64,000 bases of DNA from Antedon mediterranea (GCF_964355755.1 NC_092670.1:13812795-13876794), one strand, 5' to 3'. Positions 23,801 to 38,800 are shown, counted from the stretch's first letter. Notes: generated from the sequence alone by a model not told the origin. Translations and numbers: made by a program.

Positions 23801-26800
23801 CCGTCCTATACAACTAATACAATAACTATTTATTTTTACTGGGTGATGACCTGTCACCTGTGTCCTTTTTTCATTTGTAGATTTTATATTTTTAAATTAT
23901 GAATGTTCTTTTCTTTATTAAGCTGTGGACGCATGTAACAACCATCTTTGTCAGAATGGAGCCCAGTGCATGGCTGTTCCAGGCTCATGTACGCAATATT
24001 CTTGCGAATGTAGTGATTGCTTCACTGGTTCTTTATGTGAAACAGGTAAGAAAGAAAGAACTGTAAAGAAAGAAAGAATTCTAAAGAAAGAAAGAAGAAA
24101 GAACTGTAAAGAAAAAAAGAATTGTAAAGAAAGAAAGAAATGTACAGAAAGAAAGAACTGTAAAGAACGAAAGAACTGTAAAGAAAGAAAAAATTGTAAA
24201 TAAAAAAAAGAATTACTGTAATGAAACAGACTGATTAAGAACTAGAGACTTGTGGCAAGTCTAAATGTTGACATTTGTTAAACCGATTCATTGGTTTTAA
24301 AGTTATCGGATTTTAATATGTGATGCTTAGTTGTTCGGTATTTGTATAATACTTATTTCGACAAGTTTTCAATCAAATGAATATAGGACTACATTTGATA
24401 TTATTATGGCCTATAATTTAGTCCAAACAAAATGCGTGATGAAATAAAATATAAGCAAATTAAGATTTATTGATATTATATTTCAGAATTTAATGGTTGT
24501 GACAACAATATGTGTTCGAATGGTGGTATTTGTAATCTGGTCCCAGGCTCATGTACGTCATACACCTGTATTTGTCCATCATGCTACACTGGAAATGTCT
24601 GCCAAACAAGTAAGTTAACGACAAGTTACCAAACGTTTGTTTGCAAATTCTGTAGAAAATAAAAAAGGAAACTTTCAAACTAAAGTTCCATGAGCTATTG
24701 AAGAGTGCTAACACCGAGAATTGGCTATAGAGGCGACTGAATTATAACCACTATAATAATTATTATATAATATTATTTAGAAACTTATACATGGTTATTA
24801 ATGTTTTAAGGTATAAATGCTTGCGACAATAACTTATGTCAGAATGGTGGCTTTTGTCTACCCGACGTAGGATCATGTACGTCTTACACATGTGTTTGTC
24901 CATCATGTTACAACGGTGACTTTTGTACTGATGGTAGGTGTTTTTTTTTTAAATATTATTATTTAGGCAAATTTTCAACGATAACCATAACGTATTCATT
25001 CACTATCCTTCTTAAAAGTAGCAATCCCGTCCCGACGATTTAAGACGACTCGCCGGGTCTGAGTTGGCCTTTACGCGCCTGACATTATTCCTATCCAGTT
25101 ACAATCATACCGTAAACATTTTAATTACCCTTTATTTTTATATTATTAATGTAGTTTACCAATCACTAAATTTTAATTTTTTTCCATGGTTTTAGTTGTT
25201 GACGCTTGTTCAAACAATACTTGTCAGAACGGGGCAGCTTGTGCTGCTGCAGCGGGATCGTGTACGTCATACACGTGTCAGTGTACTGGCTGCTTTACAG
25301 GCATTTTCTGCGAAACTAGTAAGTGTCAGATAGTGGTAGATCCATGACTTTTGTGTAACAAAAACATGTGATAAACATAACCTAATGTTCTATCTTTAAC
25401 ATTTTAATTTCAAAATGTCGAATGTTGGGGCGGGACGTATCGGATCAATTAGTTTAATTGGTACATGTTCTTGACGAGAACATTATCAGCAGATTTGAAA
25501 TGTTGGTTAACAATAATTTTGAAATTAAAATAAAAAATTACAATAACACACTTTCTGAGAGAGAATCATTAACAAAGTACTCCAGGATTTAAAAATACTA
25601 AGTTGGTGGGGTGGTTTTTTCAGGTGTAAATTCCTGTGTAGTAAGTCGTATCCGGATATTCACCCCCTGGACATTTACCCCCTGGAAAACTACCCCCCGG
25701 ACAACCACCAACTGGACCACTACCCCCTTAGGACAACTACCCCTTTAGGACAACTACCCCCCGGACAAATACCCCGCGGACAACTACCCCCTTAGGACAA
25801 CAACCCCCTTAGGACAACTACCCCCTGGACAACTACCCCCCGGACAATTACCCCCTAGGAACAATTACCCCCCGGACAATAACCGCCCGGACAATTACCC
25901 CCCCCCCCCCCCCCTCGGGTAATTACCCCGCGGACAACTACCTCTGACACAATACTCCCCGTAGGACAACTACTTCCTGGACAATACTCCGAGGGCAAAT
26001 AATCTTTTAGGACAACTACCTCCGTAGGACAACTAACCCCTGGACAACTACCCCCCGGACAATTATCCCTAGGAACAATTACCCCCTGAAAATTACCCCC
26101 CGGAGAATTACCCCCCCCCCCCGGGTAATTACCCCGCGGACAACAACCTCTGACACAATACTCCCCGTAGGACAACTACCTCCTGGACCTGGACAATACT
26201 CCGAGGGCAAATAATCGTTTAGGACAACTACCTCCGTAGGACAACTAACCCCTGGACAACTACCACCCAGAAAACTATCCCTTTAGAACAACTACCCCCC
26301 GGACGGACAACTACCACCCAGACCATTCAACAACCTGACTCTGCAACAGTGTATAATAGGAATTAATAACTATATTTTAATTCGTTACTTTGACGAATTA
26401 CTATTCATTATTGTAAACAAAAGTAAAAGATTGAACATAAATATAGCCTGGTATAAACTGAAGATTGTCACACATGATCATAGGATAGTCGAACGTATTA
26501 TATAGTACTCCCTGTATTTACTGTAAAGACTGGGTTCGCTAATAATAATAATAATAATTTTTTTCGTCAGGACAATGCTTCGATAACCACTGGTCTTAAA
26601 AGAATTAATTTTTGTCTCAAATTTGTCATATATGTATTTTTGTACACTTTAAGAATAATATCACTTTTGATATTTGACCTCAATGTTCACTCACCGAATA
26701 AACGGCGATCTTTAAATAAATTCCCCTCAAATAAACGGTGACCATTTCACTCCCATGAAACATCATATGGAATAATCGGCGTCTATTTCCATTAGATTAT

Positions 26801-29800
26801 ACCCCCTCCCATTGAATAAACAACTTTCTTCCAATAAATGTCCACCTAAAAACCACCTAAACAATAAACAGCCCAGGCCGTTTTTTCAATAAATACGGTA
26901 CTTTAAATCTAGCACATCTATGGTCTAGCGTGCTGTTAAACAGAATAATCGGTTAAAAACGGGTGTTTCGAAACTAGAGACCCGAGACCAGAGACCAGAG
27001 ACCCGAGACCCAATACGAAAAGAGAGACCTAAATATACGAAAAGGGAGACCCACGTACAAAAAGGGAGACCCCACTATACGAAAAGGGAGACCCCACTAT
27101 ACGAAAAGGGAGACCCTAATATACGAAAAGGGAGACCTAAATATACGAAAAGGGAGACCCAAATATACGAAAAGGAAGACCCAAATATACAAAATGGGAG
27201 ACCCAAATATACGAAAAAGGAGACCCAATATAAGAAAAGGGAGACCCCACTATACGAAAAGAGAGACCACACTATACGAAAAGGGAGACCCTAATATACG
27301 AAAAGGGAGACCCAAATATGTGTCTCCCTTTTCATATTGGGTCTCGTGTCAGGTCTCTGGTCTCGGGTCTCTAGTTTCGAAACACCCGTTAAAAACAGAT
27401 GATTTCATTTTTACAGAAACCGGTCCTATATATTTGTCTAATTTTGGATTGGGGGGGTGGTAGTTGACCGGGGGGTAGTTGACCGGGGATAGTTACCCGG
27501 GGAGTAGTTATCCTAAGGGGGTAGTTGTCCTAAGGGGGTGGTTGTCCGGGGGTAGTTGCCCGGGGGGTTGTTATCCTAAGGGGGTAGTTGTCCTAAGGGG
27601 GTAGTTGTCCGGGGGTTAGTTGTCCGGGGGGTAGTTGTCCTAAGGGGGTAGTTGTCCGGGTGGTAAACATCTAGGGGGTAGGTGTCCTAGAACCGTAGTA
27701 AGTCGGTGCTGGCAAAATAGCGGTTTCAGGCTGAGTGTGTACTTGTGACGCCAATGAATGTAATATTTAAGTAATAGAGGATTTTAAATCATTGGTTGAA
27801 TATAATTGACACAGGAGGTGATATGGTCTAAGCACAGTGGCCCCGTTAAACATTCAGCCAGTTCTATACTTTGTGGACAGAATATTCCTACGGACACATC
27901 ACAACAGGAGTAATAACAGGAGTAATAATAGCAGTTTGTAATGCTCGTTAAGTTATCTGCATTGGCTTTAACATGACCCCAAACTGAGTTGCAACTCTGT
28001 TTTATTTTAACTTTTCAGGCATAAATGCATGTTCAATGCACCAATGTCAGAATGGAGCTGGTTGCGTTACTTCTACATCTTGTACTTCTTACTTTTGCGC
28101 ATGTCCGATGTGTATTACTGGTCAACTATGTCAAACAGGTAAGTGTATACACATCGAATAAATGGAAAACTATACGAGAAGCCAATCCTTTGGTTGGTTG
28201 GTTCCTATCAGGACGCAACATTCAGACGCGAACGCAACAAAAATAAATCGGCCAATAATTACGACCGCTGGATTATCGAGATGGGCGTATGTGTAATTTT
28301 CAAATTGCGTTCAACTAAATTGAACATTTAGGCTATTTCGACCAAAATCTGGAAACATCAACTAATTATGCAAACAACAAAGTATAATTTGTGTTGCAAA
28401 CGTTTGCTTCGGTTCTTACGGCTTCTGAAAATGTTATATATTTTTTTTTATTCCAGTACAAAATGCATGTGATTCTAATTCATGTCAGAATGGAGGCCTA
28501 TGTATGGCCATGGCAAGCGATGCAACGTGTTCGATATACATCTGCGTATGTTCATCTTGCTATACTGGGACATTTTGCGAGATAGGTAAGTGTAAAATAA
28601 TATTATGTACATAAAGTATGTGAATTTCTTCATGTTATGTGTTTCAGAAAGATGATTTTTTTCATAGAATCACAACTGATCAAACTACTGTAGTAAGATT
28701 GTTTACAAAAATGATTAGAAATATTCACAAGGAAACGATACTTCCTGAGCTGAGTTCCCTCAGCTCTTCATTATAACTATCAAATACTGAGCTGTATTCA
28801 TGTAAAAAATCTATAATTTCTGCCACTATACTTACTAATATTAAAGCCTTGTAAATTTTTTTTTTTTAACTTTCAATTACGTTTTATTTATTTAATGTTG
28901 TTTGTATTACGTATTTGAGTCTGCCACGATCCAAAAAAAAATATTATTGGATATTAAAATTGTTTGGATCTTTGAATATTTTATATACACATTTTAAAAT
29001 CCGAAGCTAATGATTTTGTTGTTATCTTGCAGCTGTCGATGCCTGCGTAAACAATAATTGCTTGAATGGTGGAACTTGCGTACCTGTGGTCAATTCTTGT
29101 TCTGCGTACACTTGTACATGTCCGTCGTGTTATGCAGGAGATAGATGCGAAACTCGTAAGTACCTTCTCAGATCATATAAATTCTGCCTGACCACCGACG
29201 TTGCGAACATTGAATTATGTTTTCAGATGTTTAACATTAACTCGTTTAAAATTATATGGAGCAGAAATCAAATGGATTTTTTTTTCATATCGTCAATATG
29301 TTTAAAGTAAATCTTATATTTATGATCATTTATGTCGAATATTTTAGTTTGTCAAAAGAAGGACTCTCTGCACAAATCCGTTTTAAAAGCAATTGTATGG
29401 GTTCTACTTATTCAACATTTTCACCTGACCGTGATGTCATCTCACCGTTTGACAATTACAAAGTAAACGAACAAAATTAAATTAATACGTTCCTTATTAA
29501 CAACGACGATTACCTGCTGCAAATGTCATGCCGATCCGCAACCAGCAATGAACGACATCGTATGTTATAATGTATACACTACATACGTAACCATTCTTAT
29601 AATTAATCATGCATAACGGAGAGTAACTAGCACCATCGTATGATTTAGATACGGCTAATCACATTATATTTTCAGCTACTGATGTGTGTTTTGGAAACCA
29701 ATGTCAGAACAACGCACAATGCGTATCCGTAACCACCACTTGTAGCTACGTCTGCAGTTGTGCTGGATGTTTTACAGGAACGCTTTGCGAAACATGTACG

Positions 29801-32800
29801 TACAGTTGGATTTTGATTATAAATTAGTGGCCGTACTCACTATTAAGACGTCAAATATTCTTCTCTCTAGACAAGAGACATAATTTCATATTTATTGACG
29901 TACGTAAAATACGTATTATGTGTTATTGGCGAATACAACTGCAGCAAATGAGAGATAGAGAGAGAGATATTATGAGATTCATTATGTACAAGATGAACTT
30001 CAGAACAAGTATCTATCTAATATACAGTTTAGATTAAGCCTAGTTTGCACTAACTTTAAAAATCCTAGTTTATCAAGACAAGTTAGTCTATCCAAATTAA
30101 AACACTTCGGCAAACTGTAGAAAACTAATCTATATACTAGCAAACATAGTTTGTAAACTCCGAGAGCATTGTTAGTGCAGGCAATGCATTAAAGCCACTC
30201 TTGTCCCATACAAAAAAATGGAGAAAAAACCTTATTAACAGTATCTTGTGTTTTATTTTAGCAACTGATATTTGCGTAAGCAGTAATCCTTGTAATAATG
30301 GTGGAATATGCGTAACAACAACAGGTGCATGCAATTCTTTCACATGTGTATGTCCAAGTTGCTATACAGGGAGCTTTTGCCAAACACGTAAGTGACAAGT
30401 GTTGGAATTGTATTGTTTCATGTCTTTGTAGTACAGTCTTTGTATACATCAGCAACCATCCAAAACATGCATATCCTACAAGAATGACAAATAAGACAAA
30501 TAGTGAGTACAGTACAGTCGCATCCAAGAGGCTTCTCTAGCATCCAAATATATGCTGGATCCGACTGTTGAAGGGCTTCCTTGACTGGGTTAGCTTCTTA
30601 GCTTGACTAGGATCGCACTGAAGGAGATTGCTTAATTTAATCCAGGGGTCACGATAGCAGTCAACTCCAAAATAATTTGCTCACTATTAGTCAAAATAAC
30701 AATAGTGAGGCATTTAATGGATAGACAAACTTCCTTAAAATGTGACATGTTTCGAGAAATAGCATTGGTATACAAGTATTCTAGGCGTTGTTTTCTGTTC
30801 TTCTGATGATGAGATGAGAATTGTTTCTCAAAACATGTCACATTTTAAGGCAGTTTTCCTATCCATTAAATGCCTCACTATAGTTATTTTGACTCATAAG
30901 TTCAGTGGAGTCATTCATGATTGCTCACTATTGTCGTTAAATTGTTATAAACTATTTATTCTTGTGATTTCGATAAAGAGAGTTGACATCAGTTTAACTA
31001 CCAATCTGCCGACGTACTTTAGTTTACTCAAACTCTTTTCGTCAGAGAAAGCCTTTCAGTGGTGACCAAAAGTCTACTCATGATTTCATTATTGGTATAA
31101 TAGTAAACGATGATTTATTTTCGTTTATATTTTCAGTGGTAGAAGCTTGTGCTGTTAACCCATGTATGAACGGTGGACAGTGTCTGCCTGTCGCTAATTC
31201 ATGTACCGACTATGCCTGCGCATGCCCATCATGTTCTACTGGATCAATGTGTGAACAAGGTAATTCGGTTCGCACCTATAACAATTTAACAAATTAAAAT
31301 CTTGGTACGAACTTTTGAAATCGTTTCCGTGTTGTATTGATGTATATTCTAACATTAAGGTGTGTTTTACGTCTGCAGAAGGCAATTTGGAGAAACATCT
31401 TCCTTTAATAGCATCACAATGCACACATACATATAATTGTTAAAATAATGCATTGTTTTTGTTTTTATATTTTCACAATAATTTTATTTTCATTACATTT
31501 TTTATAAGTCATATATACTGGGGTTTTTTCGGCAGCTATCAATGCGTGTGACAATGACTTTTGTGCTACTGGCTCCGTATGCATTCCGACAACCGGAAGT
31601 TGTACTGCTTACACGTGTTTCTGTGATACATGTCAAAGTGGTACACTATGTGAAATATGTAAGTTGAATGGTTTATTCTTGCACATGATTATCGGTACCG
31701 ATTTATTCAGTATCGATACATCAAAATAATTATTTGGTAATACAACATTTCACAAGTATCTCCTAGTATCGTATTATACCATAACTTAACCATTACCCTA
31801 CACGACACAGGCACCACATGTGATATAAATGAGTGCTGTTTTACTAAATATTCCTGGTACTTGGAAAATATTATAGTATTAGAGATACAGCACTGAGAAG
31901 CAGACTACAAAATAATTTTATTTATAACTAAATAAATGTATTTGATTTTAACTATCAGAAAAAATAGTATTTAAACTAGTGCAAATACTTTTATATCACA
32001 GTACAGAAATACTTGAGATATTGTGAGATCATCAACAACAACAACAGTAAAAGTTACAATTGTTTGGGTCTTTGATAAATGTGGAAAAAAATCGAGAGCG
32101 AGAATCCTGTATTGCTATCGCGCTATATGTAATAATTATAACATACACCATGATAGCAATACATAGTTACTGATGATTTATGTTTCGATTAAACATTCTA
32201 TTTAATTATTGTATAGCTTCAAACCCATGTGATACTAATTTTTGTCAAAATGGAGCGTTGTGCACAGTCAATCCAGGACAATGCGTATCGTATTCTTGCA
32301 CATGCCCATCTTGTTTTACTGGCACTTTCTGCGAAACAGGTAATACACAAACTGTTATTAAGTAACTTTATTGACAAAATGTTGATTGAAATGATGCAAA
32401 GCCATCGTACGATACGATATACATTATCGTGTATGTTCTCTAACCTAACTGTATTCATAATGCTTTCGACAGGTTAGGACAAACTACATTCACTCGATAA
32501 TTAGGCCTACACCCTGGCATTTTTGTGTAGTTGTCCGGAGTGTAGTTGACCGAAGGGTAGTTAGTGAATGGTAATTGTCCAAAGAATAGTTGACTTGAGT
32601 GCTAGGTAGTAAATTAATGTGGTACAGAGAGATTAGCTGTCAGATGGGAAGTTCTGCGATGTGGGTAGTTGTTTTAGAAGTGTAGTTCTTCAGTTATTAT
32701 GGGGAATGTAGTTGTATTAGTACAGTAGTGCTAACGTGATATGTACAGTAATAGTAATGAAAACATTTCTTCTGGTTTCGATTCGTATAATAATAATATA

Positions 32801-35800
32801 AGTAGTTCTTTGATAGTAAACCAATAAAACTTACGTTGGCAAGACAGTTTCGTCTAGCTGTCAGCTTGACTTCTTCAGTTGCTATGATGCGTTATGGCGC
32901 CGATTGGTCTCCTTTCCAGCCACTAGATGATTTTGTTGTGTAGCCTAGGGGACCAGTCGTCGTCAGAAGCTGATCGTAAATGTGAGATAGTTGGTGCGCG
33001 CCTTCGTCTCTATTCATCTTTGTATTTTTATTTTGCTTTCTTATGCTGATGCTTTCTTTAATTTTACGTTTAAGCCAAACTTGTTCTTTGTGTAGTATCT
33101 CTATCTTATCCCAGTTAGGTATGTGGTTGTGTGTGGTCATATGGTCCGTGATTGCTGATTTATGTAAAATGGAGGACGAAACTTTCCGTGATGCACGCGT
33201 CTGCATGTTCTGTGTGTTTTCCTCAACATCTTTCTTGTGCTCTTTAATTCTGGTTTTGAGTGCCCTACCCGTTTCCCCAATGTACACCATCTCACAGTTG
33301 GTGCACCCCACTTTGTAGACGACACCACAGGAATCCTCTTTGCATGCTTTATCTTTCGGTCGGACGATTAAGTTTTTAATTTTGTTAGATGGTTTAAAGT
33401 ATGTTCGTATGTTATATTTTTTAAATGTTCTCTTGATTTTCTCTGACAGGCCTTGAATATATGGGATGGATATCGACCCTCTTATATCTTCTGTTTCGGG
33501 TTGTTTGTCCGTTTTTTGTTTATCTAGGTTACGTTGTACCTTTCTAATCGTCCATGTAGGGTAGTTGCATTGTTTAAGTGAAGTATGTATCATCTCAGTT
33601 TCGTTCTGTTTGTCTGGATTATTTGTGATTATCGTGTTACATCTGTGTAGAAGTGTGCGGATAACGGATAACTTGTGTTGTAGAGGATGATGTGAGTTAA
33701 AGTCCAAGTATTGATTTGTGTGGGTGGCTTTCCTAAAAACTTTAGTGTTGATGTTGCCTTCCCCATCAACTAAAATTAGCGTATCCAAGAATGGGATAGA
33801 GTTGTCTGTTAAGGACATTTCTTCGCAAGTGAAATTAATGTCATCATCGATTTTGTTTAAGTGTTGTAATAATGGTTGTGTCGCATCCTTGGGAAGTATT
33901 GTTATAATGTCATCTACATACCTTTTCCACATCCTCGGTTTTATGTCGGTGTGAGCTGTAGTTATTGCCTCATTTTCCAGCCATTCCATAAATAAATTCG
34001 CAACAATCGGAGAACATGGACTACCCATGGCCATACCTGAATTTTGCTGGTAGATATCCCCTCTGAAGCTGAAATATGTGCATGCAAAGAGGATTCCTGT
34101 GGTGTCGTCTACAAAGTGGGGTGCACCAACTGTGAGATGGTGTACATTGGGGAAACGGGTAGGGCACTCAAAACCAGAATTAAAGAGCACAAGAACGATG
34201 TTGAGGAAAACACAGAACATGCAGACGCGTGCATCACGGAAAGTTTCGTCCTCCATTTTACATAAATCAGCAATCACGGACCATATGACCACACACAACC
34301 ACATACCTAACTGGGATAAGATAGAGATACTACACAAAGAACAAGTTTGGCTTAAACGTAAAATTAAAGAAAGCATCAGCATAAGAAAGCAAAATAAAAA
34401 TACAAAGATGAATAGAGACGAAGGCGCGCACCAACTATCTCACATTTACGATCAGCTTCTGACGACGACTGGTCCCCTGGGCTACACAACAAAATCATCT
34501 AGTGGCTGGAAAGGAGACCAATCGGCGCCATAACGCATCATAGCAACTGAAGAAGTCAAGCTGACAGCTAGACGAAACTGTCTTGCCAACGTAAGTTTTA
34601 TTGGTTTACTATCAAAGAACTACTTATATTATTATTATACAGTAATAGTAAGTTGTCAATTGAAGTTATACAGGTGGTAGTTGTCCAGTGTAGTTGTGCG
34701 CAATTTTTAAAACGTAGAATGCGAATAGTAGGCCTATAGATATAGATTTGGCTAAAGTCGTCATTATAACAAAATGGGAATTGATTGTTTTAAATACAAT
34801 TTCTTTTTACTCTGTTTCAGAGATTGACCCTTGCAACAATAACATCTGTCAGAATGGAGGTTTTTGCGCGGCATCGGCAAATCAGTGCACGACGTATAGC
34901 TGCCTTTGCCAACAATGTTTTACTGGACAATTCTGCGAAATAGGTAACCAAGTTAATTGAATATTTTCAATTTCACCAAATATTTTCAGTTGTATGACAA
35001 GAAGTGCCATTATGGGAGAATAAAGTTAGTATGTGTCGTCCACACATGTGGTTGTTTCTAACGATATACCTGCATTTTGATCAAAACCGTAATAGGTCTA
35101 CATGTTACACAAGTGTCTGTGAAAATATTATTACAGTAATACATAAATGTACTGTATTCAACAGCTTAATATTACCATTCCAATGTATGCTTTTTTTTAT
35201 TTACTTCTTCAAGCCGTGACGGCATGTTCGAACAGTCAATGTCAAAACGGTGGAGTGTGTACATCAGTAGCCAACTCTTGTACAGATTACACTTGCACGT
35301 GTCCTTCGTGCTATACTGGAGCGTTTTGTCAAACACGTACGTAAACATTTTAATCATGTAATAAGTAATAGGATTGCACTTACCCTAGGCGTTTAACCGA
35401 CTGGGTTCTGTTTTTTATTCGTTTCTTTCTTGCTTTCCTTTCTTCTTTCCGGTGCCATTTTAAAATGGTACTAATTGCAGACAACTCTGATATCCTCCAA
35501 ACCTGTTTTCAGTATGTGAGTGGTACACTCTCCTATTTATGTTGTATTTATAACTTGTTTGTGTCCATGTATGCCTACTACGTTCCATCGTAGTTTTTAT
35601 ATCATAGTTAGAGGTACTTTGGCCAGGAAAACAAACTTTTGTAGGCCTACGTATTAATGATTTACGCAACGGTGCTAGAATTGTTGGGAATGTTAGCCAT
35701 TCATGATAATTGTATTTATTCGTTTCAGTGATTGATGGATGTGACAATCAACTTTGCCAAAACGGTGCCATTTGCACTGCATCTTCTTGTTTATCGTATG

Positions 35801-38800
35801 TATGTGTATGTAGTTCTTGTTACCAGGGAACATTCTGTACGACAGGTAAGTGTGTTTTAATTTCTTGCGTGTGACACGTGTACAATGCTTGCCAACACGA
35901 GAGGTGTAATAGGATAAGGAGGATCAACCCAATCATTCAATTGTTTAAAAACCCCAACGTTTTTGAAAATGTGTGAAATGAAATCAGTACGTCATCACGT
36001 TCCACGCCAATTTGTGACGTACGGTAAAATGAGCATTTTACGCATGGTAACCGGATACGGAATTTGATAATCATTATTTGAGCGTGTATGCCTTTGTAAA
36101 AATTATGAGTATGTTCTATGGGAAATGTAATGTTTGTTTTTACAGCGGTTGACCCGTGCATTAACAATGTATGTCAGAATGGCGGGCTTTGCATACCGGG
36201 TTCAACTTGTACTTCTTACACGTGTGTATGCCCATCTTGTTACACTGGACAGTTTTGTCAAACAGGTAAGCCTCATGAAACATTCTTGTTCTACAGGTTA
36301 TTCTATCGTATTGAGTGCTTTGTTTGCTACGACCACGACCTATGACAGACGAGGTTATCAGTATTAAACCAGAGTGATGTCTTAAGTTATCTATGGCACG
36401 CTAGGACGGAAAGCCACGGTGCCCCATACACAATTTGTTTTATTTATGGTTTTTCGACGATCTTTCTATCTAATTACATGTACACAAAATAAGAATATGA
36501 ATCTAAGAATCACTAGTTGTTTTATTGACTTTAAGTTACATGTTTCCTTTCTAATAGCTGTTAACCCATGCGAAAACCACATCTGTCAAAATGGCGCGTG
36601 TACTGCAGTAGCTGGCCAATGTACTGTTTACATCTGTTCGTGTATTGGCTGTTTTACAGGAGCATTCTGTGAGACGGGTAAGACAATTATCTAATATTCA
36701 TAGAGTCATTATTTCACTTTAAATTGTGACAGGAGAAACCGATTTCGTTGGTTCGTTGGTTGTCCCATGACCTAGGTGGTCGTAGGGGCGTAGCAGACGA
36801 GATACGGTACTCATCATGATACGTTTAATGTTCAAATTTGACTTAGGATACGTAAGGATGCGTAAATGGTAAAGGGTAAAGATAACAAACAAAGAAAAGA
36901 AAATTGAACGACCAAGATTCGATCTCTTTATACTGATGTGCAATGCGCCCAAGTGCTATTACATCAGGTAATGGTAGGCCTATTCTGTGATTCCACAATG
37001 TAGTTCATTTAGTAAAAATATTATTTCACTATTATAATAAACTAATAATTTTTATTGTTGACAGAAATATCTGCATGTGCAGCCAATTCGTGTTTAAACG
37101 GGGGAACATGTGTTCAGAATCCCGGATCGTGTACGGCGTTCACGTGCGCATGTCCACTCTGCTACACTGGATCTCTTTGCCAGACAAGTAAGGATGGGTT
37201 TATATGATTATAATATTTTATTAAGTTACTAAGCTGATATTTTACTATAGTATCCCTTCAAAAGATGTCACAAAATGCTTAATAAAATCAAGGATGATAA
37301 TATATGACAATTTGCCGGTTGATTTGAGAAATCAAAATTATTGTATTTATTAATAATTAAGTCTCTGTTGAGTTTTTAACATACATTAATTCATTCACAA
37401 TAACATTTATTTCTTTCTCTTTCAAAGTAAACAAAATAGCAATTTAAATATAAATAATTAAGAGGCAAAAAACTTGTGACGGGTAGCCAGTTAAGAAATT
37501 GTAATCATATATTGAAGTTTGAACAAACAGACACAATGTATAATGTTGCATGCAGGGCCGCAATGAAAACCAGTTTAAACTGTTTGAGCTACCCTCTGGT
37601 TACAGAAATGTAATAATAAAAATAATATCTCGAATTATATGAATCTAAACATACAGTAGGCCTAATTACTAAACAACGCGTCCTCTGTTGCTCTATGTAT
37701 TTTACAAAGTTTCATTCAGTTTAGTTTATTTTAAAATCGTATTTATTTGTTTTATTTCTATATGCCATAGGCCTAATTGTTTGGTTTTATATTATTATTT
37801 TAGTTAATGATGGTTGCCTAAATAACCCCTGTCAAAATGGAGGAATCTGTATGTTGAATCCAGGCCAGTGTTCCCTTTACACCTGTACATGCCCTAGTTG
37901 CTTCATAGGCTCTATGTGCGAGGCTGCCATTGATCCATGTGCAAATGTGGTGTGTCTTAACGGCGGACTCTGCCTAGCTACTTCAGGAGGATGTTCCGAA
38001 TATGTGTGTGCTTGCCCATCCTGCTACACAGGAACGTTTTGCGAAAATAGTAAGTTACTAATATTATTATCTGTGTTCTTGTTTAAACTGTTTATTGGTT
38101 GGAATATTATCAACTCGTGAGTGTTTATTTGTTGGAATATTATCAACTCGTGAGTAAAGAAGCCCTTTTTAATTTTGTTAAAGTGCCCCTATATTATTTC
38201 ACCCGAATAAGTACTGTATCTAGAGTATCATAGGAATATTTTGGTAATACAGTAGTACATCACAATCATGTGTATCTTCTAGTATCATATGCCATAACTT
38301 ATAGATAGGCCTAATCCTTAACATATGATACTGGCACCACATGTGATACAAATGAGATGCTGTATTAACGAATTTTCCTATAATAGGCATATTGCAGTAT
38401 GTTGAGATATAGTACTGATAGTGATATATTTAATTCATAACTACAATTATAGATTATGCAATTACGATGGAAATTAATCATACGTATTGTGCTATTGTTG
38501 ACCCACACTCTCGTATGGAAAGATATCATTAATTTAGTTGGCTTATATGCATGAGGACAAAACATAGATTGAACTATTATTTCCGACATCTGCTCATTGT
38601 GATTTTCACGTTACTACTATAGTAACCGTTTTTAAACAGTTTAAAGTTAACCAGTTTAAAGTTAACCAGTTTAAAGCTAACCAGTTTAAAGCTAACCATT
38701 TCAAAGCGTGATATTCTTTCCCAATAAAGATAATAATCATAATGATAATAATTTATTGTCGTAGTGGTAAATGCTTGTAATAACCATGCTTGTCAAAACG

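Larger units (their letters stand above)
32758..34640 (-). mobile_element. Penelope-like retroelement, 5'-truncated, with inverted duplicated 3' end
   Basis: Minus-strand RT-GIY-YIG body at 32758-34079, plus an inverted copy of its 3' ~560 bp at 34080-34640 (arms 32785-33347 / 34080-34640). TSD TACAGTAATAGTAA at 32744-32757 and 34638-34651. Confidence 0.93.

Noticed and set aside
24046-24203. KERKNC-repeat extension of an EGF ORF
   Set aside because: Read-through past a strong GTAAG donor into an 18-bp minisatellite.
25855-26175. 106-aa Gly/Cys/Pro-rich ORF on minus strand
   Set aside because: Translation of the GGACAACTACCCC tandem arm of a transposon.
27000-27320. CRISPR-like array of 22-bp repeats
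   Set aside because: Head-to-tail repeats with no unique spacers, inside a TIR/TSD-bounded element in eukaryotic DNA.
31030-31065. Third hammerhead-like motif on minus strand (CTGAAAGG...GACGAAA)
   Set aside because: The CUGANGA core is incomplete and the stems do not pair.
34080-34382. N-terminal ~100 aa of the 496-aa ORF (and ORF 33043-33318)
   Set aside because: Antisense reading of the inverted arm, fused in frame by chance; the real RT sequence starts at the inversion junction.
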